A DNA stretch of 64,000 nt from Acidobacteriota bacterium (GCA_040755995.1 JBFMAF010000036.1:128001-192000); one strand, 5' to 3'. Shown: positions 36,629-46,779, numbered from the stretch's first letter. Program-made: numbers and translations. Notes: generated from the letters alone by a model not told the origin.

Positions 36629-39600
36629 ATGGAAGAGGATCGAAGAGGGCTCTCGACACCGGTCGTCAGGACACTACTCTTCAGCGACCTCGTCGGCAGT
36701 ACCCACATGGTGGAACAGCTGGGCGATGTCCGTTCGGCTCACCTGTTCGCCCGTCATGACAGGACGGCCCGGGACCTCCTCCTACTCCACGGCGGCCGGG
36801 AAATCGACAAGACTGACGGGTTCCTTCTTCTCTTCGAGCGACCCTTCGACGCGGTCCTCTACGCCGCCGACTACCATCGCGCGCTCGACCAGCTGTCGGC
36901 CGAGGAACGCACACCCCTCAAGGCGAGAGTCGGGATACACCTCGGCGAAGTCATCCTCCGCGAGAATACGCCCGAGGACGTGCGACGCGGAGCCAAACCG
37001 CTCGAAGTCGAGGGCATAGCAAAGCCCGTCGCCGCTCGCGTGATGTCTCTGGCATTGGGAGGGCAGACTCTGCTCACGACTGCCGCGTTCGACCTCGCAC
37101 GCCGTTCGGCGGTGGGTGAGAAGGGAGACGCGGCGTCGCTTGGGTGGACAGCCCACGGGCGGTACGTGCTCAAAGGTGTCGAGGAGCCGATGGAGATCTT
37201 CGAAGTCGGCATCGAAGGGGCTTCTCCGATGACGCCTCCACCCGACAGTGAGAAGGCCCGCCGTGTCCACGAAGAAGACGCCATCCTGGGCTGGCGGCCG
37301 GCTGCCGGGATTCCGCTTCCACAGCGCAAGAGCTGGATCATCCAGCGCAAGCTCGGGGAAGGGGGATTCGGCGAGGTCTGGCTTGCGCGCCACAGCAAGA
37401 CCGGCGTCACAAACGTTTTCAAGTTCTGCTTCGAGGAGGACAAGCTTCGCGCGCTGCGGAGGGAGGTCGCTCTGCTGCGGTTGCTCAAAGACGCGCTGGG
37501 CGACCGGGACGATATCGCGCGCGTCATCGATTGGGAGTTTCAATCCCCGCCGTACTACCTGGAAACCGAATACTCGTCGGGGGGAAGCATTGAGGAATGG
37601 ACCGCCCAGCAAGGCGGCTTGGCGACCATCCCTCTTGATACAAAGATCGACCTGGTGGCTCAAGTGGCCGAAGCACTCTCGGCAGCACATTCGGTCGGGG
37701 TCCTGCACAAGGACGTGAAACCGGCCAACGTGCTTGTCAGAACAACCGCCGACGGCAGGCCTCGAATCCAGTTGACAGACTTCGGCATAGGTCGCGTTAC
37801 GGACCGCGAGCAGCTGGCCCAACGTGGGATCACCATCATGGGGATGACGGAGATCGCCGATGCCTCCACGGGTTCCACATCCGGCACACGGCTGTACATG
37901 GCCCCCGAGCTTCTCGAAGGCAAACCTTCCACCGTCCAGGCGGATGTGTTCGCACTGGGCGTGATTCTCTATCAGATGCTCGTGACAGATCTTCACCGCG
38001 CGCTTGCTCCCGGATGGGAAAGGGATATCCCCGACGAGTTGCTTCGCGAGGATGTTGCGCTTGCCGTAGACGGATCGCCCGAACGCAGGATTCACAGCAC
38101 CGCCGAGTTCGCCGAACGACTGCGCAACCTCGAGACGCGCCGAGCCCAACGACTGGAAGAGCGAAGGCGCAGAGAGGTGGAGGAAGCCACTCGCAACGCG
38201 CTGGCCAAAGCGCGGCGGAGACGCCGGCTCATGATGGTAGTTGCAGCGGCGTCCTTGGCGTTCGGCTCGCTGATGACATGGCAGGCGCGCCGCATATCGC
38301 AGGAGGCGGCCCGAGCGGAGCGGGCGCAGGCCGCCAAGTCGCTCGACCACCGCGCCGAGGCCATGGAATCACTGGCTCGAACCGCGGCCCTCCTGCCGCT
38401 CCACGACGTCGTGCGGGAGCGCGAGCACATTCGGCGCATCATCGGGCTCGTTCAGGAGACGCTGGAGGCGAACCCCCAGCTGGCCGGGCCGGCCAACGCG
38501 GCCCTCGGACGCGGCCACTACGCCCTCGGTGACATCGAGAACGCGAGGTCCCATCTGGAGAAGGCCTGGTCGGACGGCTATCGGGAACCCGACGTCGCGT
38601 ACAGCCTGGGACTCGCTCTGGGAGCCGTCTACCAGCGGCAGAGGGCCGCAGCCCGCTGGATCGAGAACGCCGAGCTGAGAGATCAGCGGATCCGTGAGAT
38701 CGATGAGACGATCAGGAAGCCGGCGCTCGAGTTTCTGAAAATCGGGAGCACCTCCGAGCTCGCATCGAGGAACTACGCCGAGGCCTTGATCCACTACTAT
38801 GCGGAGCAGTTCGATGAAGCACACGACGAAGCGCTCGCGGCGTTGAAGTCCATGCCGTGGCTGTTCGAAGCGCGTTATCTGGCCGGGGCGTCGCGGTTGA
38901 GACAGGCATTCGATGCCATGGAACGCGGCGATTGGTCACGAGCAGACACATGCCTCACTGAGGCCAACGCATGTTTCGACCTTGTGCGCGAGGCGGCTAG
39001 AAGCTGGGCGCCCGCCTTCGACGGCAACTCCGAAATCTCCCAGGCCAGGATGTCTATGGCCTCTTCACAGGGCCAGTCCCCGAAGCCCGCTCTGGATGCG
39101 TGCCTGGACGCATGCGCTCTGTCCGCGCAGGTGTCGCCGGACTCGCCGGAACCGTGGGAGAGGAGAGCGACTGCATGGAAGGATTGGGCGCGATACCAAC
39201 AAGAACACAACGAAGACCCGCGGCCTGCATATGAACAGTCCCGAACCGCTTCGAAGGAGGCTTGCCGGCTTTCCCCACGCCGAGCCCAGGCCTGGGAGAG
39301 CCTGGCGCTCGCGGATGTCGCGCTGGCCAGGTATCTGGCCTTCAGAGGCGAGGATGCGTCCGAAACCTTTTCCGAAGCGCTCAAGGCTCTTGACACTGCA
39401 AGAGATCTCGGTGCCAGCCCGTTCTCAGTGGCCATGAATCGCGGGGCATTCCTTCTGGAACGCGGGAGCTGGGAACGGGCGCGCGGCATTGATCCGTGGC
39501 GGAGCTACGAAGAAGCCATCCAGGCCTGTCAAGCGGCCGCCGGCCTTCAGCCCGGCCTCGTCAGACCCTTTCAAGTCCTCGGGACGATCTACCTGCGGAT

Positions 39601-40531
39601 GGGAAAAGACGAGCTCGCCACAGGCAAGGACCCTCGCCCTTCGTTTCTGAAGTCGAAAGAGGCTTTGACCAAGGCTATTGCGCTGAACCCCAAGCTTGCC
39701 ATCCTCTACAACGCCGCCGGCAACCCGCGGCTCATGCTGGCCAAGACCGAAATGGACAGCGGCCGCGATCCCGTCCAGCTGCTCGACGAAGCTAACCGCT
39801 TCTACAGCAAGTCGATTGAGATAGACCCGAACCTGTTCTTCCCTTATGACAACACGGGTCATGTGGAGCTGTATCGCGGAACCTGGCAGGCCTGGAACGG
39901 GAAGGATCCCGCCGAGACCTTTCGCAAGGGGATTCAGTTTCTCGAGAAAGCCCTCACTCTGCACGGGGATCACGTGGAGACGTACTTCCACCTCTTGGAT
40001 ATCCACATTCAGTGGGCGCTGTATGAGCTCTCGACGGGCCGGTCGCCCGACCGAAACCTCCGCGATGCGGAGTCTCTGCTGCTGCGAACCGAGGCGGCCA
40101 ATCCCAAGGCCTCACCCGAATCCGGCTCCAGCGTTTCGCTGCGGCGAGGTCAAATCGCTTTGGTTCGGGCTGTAGTCGATCTGGAGAACCGGAGAAGCCC
40201 GGTGAAAGCGTTGGCCGATTCCGGGAAGGCCCTGGAACAGGCCCTTCGGCTGCAACCGCGCGACGCGGAGATCCTGCTCGCATTGGGCTACCATCGTCTC
40301 GTCCTGGCGCACTTCCCGGGTTCGCCCCAGGCCCAGAAGGACCAATCCATCCGCGAAGCGGACGACTACCTCTCCCAGGCCATCAAGCTTCATCCAGGCA
40401 TGGCCGAGGCCCTGATCGTCCGGAGTTGGCTTGACGGAGCCTCGGTGGGAGCAGATCAGTCAGCGGGCGCGGCCGCCAATCCGATCCTTGCGCGCTACCT
40501 CGACACGCTTCCCTGGCCGGCCGGTCCCTGA
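36629..40531 (+). CDS. class III nucleotidyl cyclase-like + Ser/Thr kinase + TM + TPR fusion protein
   Basis: LLFSDLVGST, DKTDG and RVGIHLGEV; GEGGFGEV, HKDVKPAN, DFG and MAPE; hydrophobic segment followed by many TPR-like repeats. Confidence 0.9.
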   Translation: MEEDRRGLSTPVVRTLLFSDLVGSTHMVEQLGDVRSAHLFARHDRTARDLLLLHGGREIDKTDGFLLLFERPFDAVLYAADYHRALDQLSAEERTPLKARVGIHLGEVILRENTPEDVRRGAKPLEVEGIAKPVAARVMSLALGGQTLLTTAAFDLARRSAVGEKGDAASLGWTAHGRYVLKGVEEPMEIFEVGIEGASPMTPPPDSEKARRVHEEDAILGWRPAAGIPLPQRKSWIIQRKLGEGGFGEVWLARHSKTGVTNVFKFCFEEDKLRALRREVALLRLLKDALGDRDDIARVIDWEFQSPPYYLETEYSSGGSIEEWTAQQGGLATIPLDTKIDLVAQVAEALSAAHSVGVLHKDVKPANVLVRTTADGRPRIQLTDFGIGRVTDREQLAQRGITIMGMTEIADASTGSTSGTRLYMAPELLEGKPSTVQADVFALGVILYQMLVTDLHRALAPGWERDIPDELLREDVALAVDGSPERRIHSTAEFAERLRNLETRRAQRLEERRRREVEEATRNALAKARRRRRLMMVVAAASLAFGSLMTWQARRISQEAARAERAQAAKSLDHRAEAMESLARTAALLPLHDVVREREHIRRIIGLVQETLEANPQLAGPANAALGRGHYALGDIENARSHLEKAWSDGYREPDVAYSLGLALGAVYQRQRAAARWIENAELRDQRIREIDETIRKPALEFLKIGSTSELASRNYAEALIHYYAEQFDEAHDEALAALKSMPWLFEARYLAGASRLRQAFDAMERGDWSRADTCLTEANACFDLVREAARSWAPAFDGNSEISQARMSMASSQGQSPKPALDACLDACALSAQVSPDSPEPWERRATAWKDWARYQQEHNEDPRPAYEQSRTASKEACRLSPRRAQAWESLALADVALARYLAFRGEDASETFSEALKALDTARDLGASPFSVAMNRGAFLLERGSWERARGIDPWRSYEEAIQACQAAAGLQPGLVRPFQVLGTIYLRMGKDELATGKDPRPSFLKSKEALTKAIALNPKLAILYNAAGNPRLMLAKTEMDSGRDPVQLLDEANRFYSKSIEIDPNLFFPYDNTGHVELYRGTWQAWNGKDPAETFRKGIQFLEKALTLHGDHVETYFHLLDIHIQWALYELSTGRSPDRNLRDAESLLLRTEAANPKASPESGSSVSLRRGQIALVRAVVDLENRRSPVKALADSGKALEQALRLQPRDAEILLALGYHRLVLAHFPGSPQAQKDQSIREADDYLSQAIKLHPGMAEALIVRSWLDGASVGADQSAGAAANPILARYLDTLPWPAGP

Positions 40532-40592
40532 GGGCCTCTGGGCAGGGCAGGAGCCGCGGCATTTCGACGGCGTCCTCTCCACTCTCGACTCT

Positions 40593-40868
40593 CTACTCTG
40601 CCTTCGCCAGCACCCGTTCGATGCGAAACACGTTGCAGACCTTGGGGTCCGGGCAGCAGAAATCCCCTTGCCCCTCCACTTTCTCCCACGGGAATGAGCC
40701 GCCGAATCGCAGCGTCGTGAGGTACGGGAGCAGCGTGCCGAATGCGCCGAGGCAGATTCCTTCGGGTGTCTTGCGCCGGACCATGAACTGGTCGCCGACC
40801 TTGTGCCCGTTGGGGCACTTAGCCAGCTGCGAAACAAGGGTGATTTTCACATCGTATCGCTTTGCCAT
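40593..40868 (-). CDS. TIGR04076-family protein
   Basis: KCPNGHKVGDQF, GICLGA and CCPDP...VFRIER. Confidence 0.8.
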   Translation of the reverse strand: MAKRYDVKITLVSQLAKCPNGHKVGDQFMVRRKTPEGICLGAFGTLLPYLTTLRFGGSFPWEKVEGQGDFCCPDPKVCNVFRIERVLAKAE

Positions 40869-40875
40869 CTGATCC

Positions 40876-41625
40876 TCATAGCATCTGAGTCCCGCCGGAG
40901 ACGGGGAGATATGAGCCGGTCACGAACCGGGACCAATCCGAGCAATAGAAGAGCACAGCGCCTGCGATGTCCTCGGGCTCTCCAAGCCGAGCCAGCGGAG
41001 TGCGCGAGGCGATAGCGCGCCGGGCCTCTTCCGGATGATGTGCCGTTGCGTCCGTGCGAGTCCAACCCGGAGCCACGACGTTGACTCGAATTCCGTGCGG
41101 CCCGAGCTCCAGGGCCAGCGCCTTCGAGAAGGCGTCCAGGGCGGACTTAGCACTGGTGTGAGCGATGAAGCCGGGCCCGGGAACGCGCGAGAGCCCGCTG
41201 CTGACGTTCACGATGCAGCCGCTGCCGCGCCGGATCATCCCCGGCACCACCGCCTGGCAGCAATAGAAGCTCGCCTTCATCTCATTTACGAGCTTGCGCT
41301 CGAAGTCATTCCACTTGAATTCGACGAAGGGCAAGACCGGGAATGCCATGTTCGCGTTGTTGACGAGGATATCTGCCGGTCCCAACTCGGTTTCGGTCTT
41401 GCGGACCAGGGCCTCGACCTGACTCTGGATCGTGACATCGGCCTGCACGAGAATGGCTCGGCCGCCGCCGCGCACGATCTCGTCGAGCACCTGCTCGCCG
41501 CGCTCGCGGTTCTGCGCGTAGTTCACCGCGACCTTGGCCCCGTTGGCCGCGAGCAACTTCGCGGTGGCAGCGCCTATCCCGCGGCTGGAGCCCGTGACGA
41601 TCGCGACTTTGTCTGCCAGTATCAT
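40876..41625 (-). CDS. SDR oxidoreductase (FabG-like; catalytic Tyr position is His)
   Basis: TGSSRGIG, LVNNA, HTSAK and GIRVNVVAPG. Confidence 0.9.
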   Translation of the reverse strand: MILADKVAIVTGSSRGIGAATAKLLAANGAKVAVNYAQNRERGEQVLDEIVRGGGRAILVQADVTIQSQVEALVRKTETELGPADILVNNANMAFPVLPFVEFKWNDFERKLVNEMKASFYCCQAVVPGMIRRGSGCIVNVSSGLSRVPGPGFIAHTSAKSALDAFSKALALELGPHGIRVNVVAPGWTRTDATAHHPEEARRAIASRTPLARLGEPEDIAGAVLFYCSDWSRFVTGSYLPVSGGTQML

Positions 41626-41940
41626 TCATCTGCCTCCTGCAGTGTTGTGGACCTCGTGTGATCGGGACGAACGACTGCGATGAACATGCAACGGACGAGC
41701 CTAGCACACACCCCGGCCTTAAACTACCGTCCGCAACCATGGGTCTGCTCGCGGTGCACTTCTCGGAGGACGGGCAGTCCCTTCTCTTCCAGGTCTGCCC
41801 TCGGGACTCGAACGATGGCTGCACGTGGCAGCAGCTTCGCCTGTGACTGACCGGAGACGCTGACGCCGCTAGGTGTGCGCACAGCACGCGTAGGCTTCAC
41901 CCCGAGTCGGAGGCTGAGCACTCCCTGGGATCCCCGGGCA

Positions 41941-41968
41941 TTGACAGCGGGTAGCATTATGCTACCAT
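41941..41968 (+). promoter_or_regulatory. TA promoter with perfect palindromic operator
   Basis: TTGACA (41941) -16- TACCAT (41963); GGTAGCAT-T-ATGCTACC at 41950-41966; ATG 6 nt after the -10. Confidence 0.75.
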
Positions 41969-41974
41969 TCATAC

Positions 41975-42361
41975 ATGAGCCAGCCTGTGAAACTATCCGA
42001 TGCGCTGGTGCTGGACGCCCGGCTGGCAGCCGAAGCGGTGGAACGCTCCATTGCGGGCCAGGTGGAGTTCTGGGCAAGACTCGGGAAGGCCATCGAGCCG
42101 CTGCTCCAGGGGACGCAGGTGATTGCCCTGTGTCGTGATGGTGCGACGAGGCCGCTTTCCGACTGTCTGAAATCCGTGGATTCCGCCGCGGGTCGCCGGC
42201 ACGTCGCAGAGTTCCTCCGGAGCCAGCCCTGGCCGCACTACGAACCGCACGCGAAGCGGGCTGGCCTGCTGGTGCGCACCGAAGCCAGCGGGAGGCGGAC
42301 AGTCGGGCGATTCGTCAATCGGAGGTTTCAAGCGGTGAGGGTGAAGGCCGCCGGGCGATGA
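41975..42361 (+). CDS. ParD-like antitoxin
   Basis: MSQPVKLSDALV.DAR..A....RSIAGQVEFWARLG. Confidence 0.8.
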   Translation: MSQPVKLSDALVLDARLAAEAVERSIAGQVEFWARLGKAIEPLLQGTQVIALCRDGATRPLSDCLKSVDSAAGRRHVAEFLRSQPWPHYEPHAKRAGLLVRTEASGRRTVGRFVNRRFQAVRVKAAGR

Positions 42362-42936
42362 GCCTGTCGCTCGATCGCGGCCCGGTCATAGTCGCACTCG
42401 CGGGACCGAACGGCGCCGGCAAGACGACTTTCTACCACGCCCATCTGCGGCCGGCGGGGCTGCGGTTCATAAACGCCGATGTGCTCGCCCGCGAGCTGGA
42501 CCTCGATGCCTATGCGGCCGCGCGCGTCGCCGATGCGCTACGCCGGCAACTTGTCGACCAACGGGAGAGTTTCGTTTTCGAGACGGTGTTTTCCGATCCG
42601 GTCGGCGACAAGTTGGCCTTCCTGAGAGAGGCGACAGCGGCCGGCTACAACGTTGTCCTCTGCTTCATAGGGATCTCAGGGCCGGATGTCTCCGAGGAGC
42701 GCGTCGCGATGCGCGTTTCGCAAGGTGGGCATGATGTGCCGGCCGAGAAGTTGGTCAACCGGTTCCCCCGCACGCTGGCGAATCTCCGAGCTGCCATCCG
42801 CGCCCTGCCGCATGTGTGGATCTTCGACAACGACGACCTGCGGAGGCCCTTTCGCTTGGCTGCTGTTTTCGAAAACGGCCTCCCTCGGACCCTGAATGCC
42901 CCGGTGCCAGTGTGGCTCAGACCGTTGTTGAGATAG
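42358..42936 (+). CDS. zeta-toxin-like P-loop ATPase/kinase (COG4185-like)
   Basis: LAGPNGAGKTT, FINAD, SFVFETVFS and RV..RV.QGGHDVP; ATGA overlap with the antitoxin. Confidence 0.85.
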   Translation: MSLSLDRGPVIVALAGPNGAGKTTFYHAHLRPAGLRFINADVLARELDLDAYAAARVADALRRQLVDQRESFVFETVFSDPVGDKLAFLREATAAGYNVVLCFIGISGPDVSEERVAMRVSQGGHDVPAEKLVNRFPRTLANLRAAIRALPHVWIFDNDDLRRPFRLAAVFENGLPRTLNAPVPVWLRPLLR

Positions 42937-42960
42937 ACTCGTCTTCCGGAGACGGACACA

Positions 42961-43470
42961 GTGCATACGTATGAGCGAGCCGAAACGCAGACACGCTTTC
43001 TGAACGTCGACGTGGACGTGTTGTCGAAGGTCAGCCTCGAACCACTGCTTGCCGCTCTGGGCTCGAAGATCCTCCCTCTCTATGTGGGACGCGAGGGGAG
43101 ATACTACAGTGCTCACTTCGAATTGGCCGCCTCGTCCGATGAGGACGTGGACAAGGTTACACGCCGGCTGGCCGGGCTCATAGCAGGACTGCGGGGAGCC
43201 GCTCGCAAACTGTGGAAGGAGGCGCGAACTCGGGGCTTCAACGTGGGCATACAGGGCGGCATCAATCCCAGAATGCAGGAGATAGCAATCGAGGAGGACA
43301 CCGTGAATCTTGTCGCTAGGGTCGGGGGCAGGATCGTCGTCACGACCTACGCGGCTGAAATCGCGACCGCTCCGAGAGGCCGGGCTCAGAGCGCGAGAGA
43401 CGCGCCGCCAAATGACTCGCCCGGACGTAAGAGAGCAGCGCGGGCCGGGAACCGCAGAATCCCGCGGTGA
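42961..43470 (+). CDS. hypothetical protein (loosely DUF4279-like)
   Basis: Coding-like ORF; FLNVDVD and VARVGGRIVVTTY. Confidence 0.55.
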   Translation: MHTYERAETQTRFLNVDVDVLSKVSLEPLLAALGSKILPLYVGREGRYYSAHFELAASSDEDVDKVTRRLAGLIAGLRGAARKLWKEARTRGFNVGIQGGINPRMQEIAIEEDTVNLVARVGGRIVVTTYAAEIATAPRGRAQSARDAPPNDSPGRKRAARAGNRRIPR

Positions 43471-43518
43471 CTCAACTCGTGGCACCGTGTGGCGCCGCGT
43501 GATATACAATGCGGATGC

Positions 43519-46500
43519 ATGGTGCCAGCATTGCGCATTTGGGTCTATGTCTTCCTCGTCCTCCTGGCGCTCGGCTGGGCCCCGGCCAGATGCGAGTCGC
43601 CTCGCCCCCAGACGCAGAAGGGTGCGGCTGCCAGCGACAGAGGCCAGTTCACCAACGCCAGCGGCGCGGAACTGGTCACGCTGCTCTCGGATGAGGCCAC
43701 ACGGGCGCGTGCCTATCACGAGCTCTGCCGGAGGGCCGATCCCAAGACGGAAGCCGACTCCGATCGTTTCTGCGGCTCGCACAGAAATCCAGAGGTCGTC
43801 GTGTGTCCGCAGGAGGGAAGTAGACCACCTGTCTACGTCGTGCTGAGCGAGTTCCTCACACCGCATCAACCCTCAGGCCGTTTCGGGCGCCTGGGTGCCA
43901 AGGTGCCCGAAGTACCATGGCCGGAGCTGCGGCGGCGCAAGACCCTCCTGATCGACACATACTCATTCGACGGGAGCCCCCTGCACCCGTTCCCCTGCAA
44001 CGATAACGCACTCGACGGAATCATGCTGGACATGAATCGCGACGGATTTGTCGAGCGTGCAAACGACATCCGCCTGGGAGGATACTCGGCCAGCAATGTA
44101 GAAGTGTTCAAGGTGGAGCGAATGGGCGAACTGGCGGAGGTTCGACTCGCTGTGCTCTACAACTGGGGCGAACACGATGACTGGGACTACGCTTTCTCTG
44201 ATCGCGAGGAGGACGGATACGTGGAGGTGGACTTCGGTCCGCTGACTGAGAATGGCGTCATGCCGGAAGTCACCTTCCGCTGGAACGAGAAGAGCAAGAG
44301 CTGGGAGGGCCCGCCGTCCGGCCTGGGTGGTCATCTCGTGTTGTTGGACCCCGCTGACATCCGGGGCGAGATCGACCGTCTTGCCGCCACACGCGAGCCG
44401 TTTGAGGAAGATCCCGATGCCCTGCCGGGGTCTGATCGCTGGTCGGTTCGTGAGACGGGGTCGCTTCCGTGGGGATGGGCCAGGTTCAAGGCCGCTTCGC
44501 AGCCCTATCGGTACGCGTCCCTGAAGGCTCTCTCGGACGAGCAGATTCTCGAGTACATGGGCGAAGCGAAGAGCGTGGACGACCTGGAGCGGGATTCGGT
44601 TATAGCCACCAACATACCCGCGAGCATATGGAACATGGGCGCCAGGGAAGCTGCGCTCGCGGTGGCGAACGCGAACCGGGTTCCCGAGCATCGCGAGGCG
44701 TATGAATTCATCATCGATGCGATGGGGGGCCTGGAGCCGCCCGTTTCCTGCTCCATCGCTTTCTCCGTTCATGCGGCGCATTCGGCCCTGGAGAGGAGCT
44801 ACTTTCTGCGCTGCCATCCGGGTGGTTCTTACATGGTCTATGCGGGCGTCGTCTTGTGTGGCGCCCCGGCATACGATTCCACGTGCACGGGTCGGGAGTA
44901 TGACCTTCGGGTCTGCCTGCTTACGTATGACGAGGCAAGGACCGCCGCGCACACCCTGTGGTGGCTCAACCACGGACGTACGTCACCACCAGGAGAGGCC
45001 GCTGATTCGTACGGGGTTTGGTCGACGGGCGACGGCACGGCAACGCTCCAATGGCTGGGTGAGGATGGACAACTCGAGTGGAGGGTCACCGACTGGCTGG
45101 GCGGGCCGGTTTCGCAACGGTGGACCACGAGCTTCGGCGATGAAGAGTTGATCGGTATCGCCGGCGAGATGTTCGAGGAGGCGCTGCCAGCCAGGCTGGG
45201 CGAGCGCTGGTCGGGGTACAAGGGAATCCCGCTCCCGTACGCGTGCCTTGGGTCGAAGAACCTCAATGTGACACAAGAGCTGCTCAACCAGATCCACGAC
45301 CAGTCGCGACGCATACTTGCGATGTTCTCAATCCCACAAACGCGCGTCTCGTACAAGATCGTGCAGGAGGCGGTTCGGGCGGCGGGCGACCATGCCTTCA
45401 TCGACCTGCTCCCGCGGCTGCGCGTGATGCTGCGCGGGCTGCCGGCACCGTTCGGGCCGGTGCGAGATGAGTGCGCCGTCGAGAAGGAGATCGACGCGTT
45501 GGAGGCCGATGGATCGGCGGCCACACAAGAGCGAGTCTCTACGCTGTACGACGAGATCTCGGCGATCAGGCACGGGGCATTCGAAGCGGCGGCGATCGAG
45601 ACGCTGAGATCGAATCTCAACGAATCGATCCAACGAATCCTCTGTGCCCGCGATACACGGGCACTCTATGACTGGGCTGTCTCTGAGCGGGAAGGGCATG
45701 AGTGGGCCATGTCGATGCTCTTCTATGCGGGCCGGGGGAGACACATAGACGCACTGGAGAAGCGGTTCGACACGGAGGATCCGCCACACAAGGCCTCGAC
45801 ACTTGCTGCGCTCAGCTTGTTGGACAAACGTCGCTGCCTCAAACTCGCGCGGCGCGTCCCCGCAGACTCGGAGGACATCGTCGGGGCTGCCGCTCTTTCG
45901 ATCCTGGCTATGGCCGGGCCCGTGCCCGACGAGAATCGGCGCGTGGCCGCGCTTCTCCGAGGGCTGCTCGATCCTCGAAGAGATGCGGCCTTCCGGGAGA
46001 GCGTCCTGTGGTATCTGGTGCCTATGGGCGATCCACTCAAGTTCAAGAACCCAGAGATCGACGCCACCCTGCTCGCCATGCTTCGAGCGAAACCTGCCAT
46101 GTTCCCTGAAGGGTCCACAAGGCCGGCCGCGGCTCGTGCCCTCTACATGCGCACAGGGATGCGACACTTCGACCCGTTCGTAGAGGCGTTGGACCCCGAT
46201 CTCATGAGCGAGTATCGAGATCTCTTGAATCTCTTGGCTTGGATGACGCCCGAAGCCACCATGGAGCAACGCGCGAAACTGACGGAAGCGATCCGCCCGG
46301 AGTTCACGAGGACGCACGGGGCGCTTGACGAGATCCTCTTGACGGTCTGGGCCGCGGATCTGCGAGATCTCAAACCTGACATCGAGCGGATCGCCACCTC
46401 GGGGCCGGAAGACATCGAGGGAAGCAGGGGAGCCGCTTGGTCCTCCGGCGCGACAGTCCTGCGTGATCGATACCACATGGCGCGCCGCGTCGCGGCCATG

Positions 46501-46779
46501 TGGAACGAAGAAGAGCCCCTCACACGATTGAAGCTGCTGCTAGCGTTTGCACTGCAAGAGACCTACCTGTTCGGATCCTCTGATCCCTCAATGAACCTTC
46601 GCGTGGCGAGGCTCCGACAGCAGATTGAAGCCGATTCGAAGCGGCTAGCGCAGGAACAGCGACAGGAGCTGATCGCATTCATGCGTTGGTGCTGCGAGAT
46701 GCGCCCCGCAAGCGAATGGGAGTCACCGCCGAAACAGAGCGACATCGTGAGAATAGCCGGGTGGTCGCTAGAGAAGTAG
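43519..46779 (+). CDS. large secreted hypothetical protein with helical-repeat C-terminal half
   Basis: 3.2-kb ORF; signal peptide WVYVFLVLLALGWAPARC; DMNRDGFVE Ca-loop-like motif. Confidence 0.75.
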   Translation: MVPALRIWVYVFLVLLALGWAPARCESPRPQTQKGAAASDRGQFTNASGAELVTLLSDEATRARAYHELCRRADPKTEADSDRFCGSHRNPEVVVCPQEGSRPPVYVVLSEFLTPHQPSGRFGRLGAKVPEVPWPELRRRKTLLIDTYSFDGSPLHPFPCNDNALDGIMLDMNRDGFVERANDIRLGGYSASNVEVFKVERMGELAEVRLAVLYNWGEHDDWDYAFSDREEDGYVEVDFGPLTENGVMPEVTFRWNEKSKSWEGPPSGLGGHLVLLDPADIRGEIDRLAATREPFEEDPDALPGSDRWSVRETGSLPWGWARFKAASQPYRYASLKALSDEQILEYMGEAKSVDDLERDSVIATNIPASIWNMGAREAALAVANANRVPEHREAYEFIIDAMGGLEPPVSCSIAFSVHAAHSALERSYFLRCHPGGSYMVYAGVVLCGAPAYDSTCTGREYDLRVCLLTYDEARTAAHTLWWLNHGRTSPPGEAADSYGVWSTGDGTATLQWLGEDGQLEWRVTDWLGGPVSQRWTTSFGDEELIGIAGEMFEEALPARLGERWSGYKGIPLPYACLGSKNLNVTQELLNQIHDQSRRILAMFSIPQTRVSYKIVQEAVRAAGDHAFIDLLPRLRVMLRGLPAPFGPVRDECAVEKEIDALEADGSAATQERVSTLYDEISAIRHGAFEAAAIETLRSNLNESIQRILCARDTRALYDWAVSEREGHEWAMSMLFYAGRGRHIDALEKRFDTEDPPHKASTLAALSLLDKRRCLKLARRVPADSEDIVGAAALSILAMAGPVPDENRRVAALLRGLLDPRRDAAFRESVLWYLVPMGDPLKFKNPEIDATLLAMLRAKPAMFPEGSTRPAAARALYMRTGMRHFDPFVEALDPDLMSEYRDLLNLLAWMTPEATMEQRAKLTEAIRPEFTRTHGALDEILLTVWAADLRDLKPDIERIATSGPEDIEGSRGAAWSSGATVLRDRYHMARRVAAMWNEEEPLTRLKLLLAFALQETYLFGSSDPSMNLRVARLRQQIEADSKRLAQEQRQELIAFMRWCCEMRPASEWESPPKQSDIVRIAGWSLEK

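Noticed and set aside
41658..41846. 62-aa ORF with an FSEDG propeller-like motif
   Set aside because: No SD and too short. At best a 3' gene fragment.
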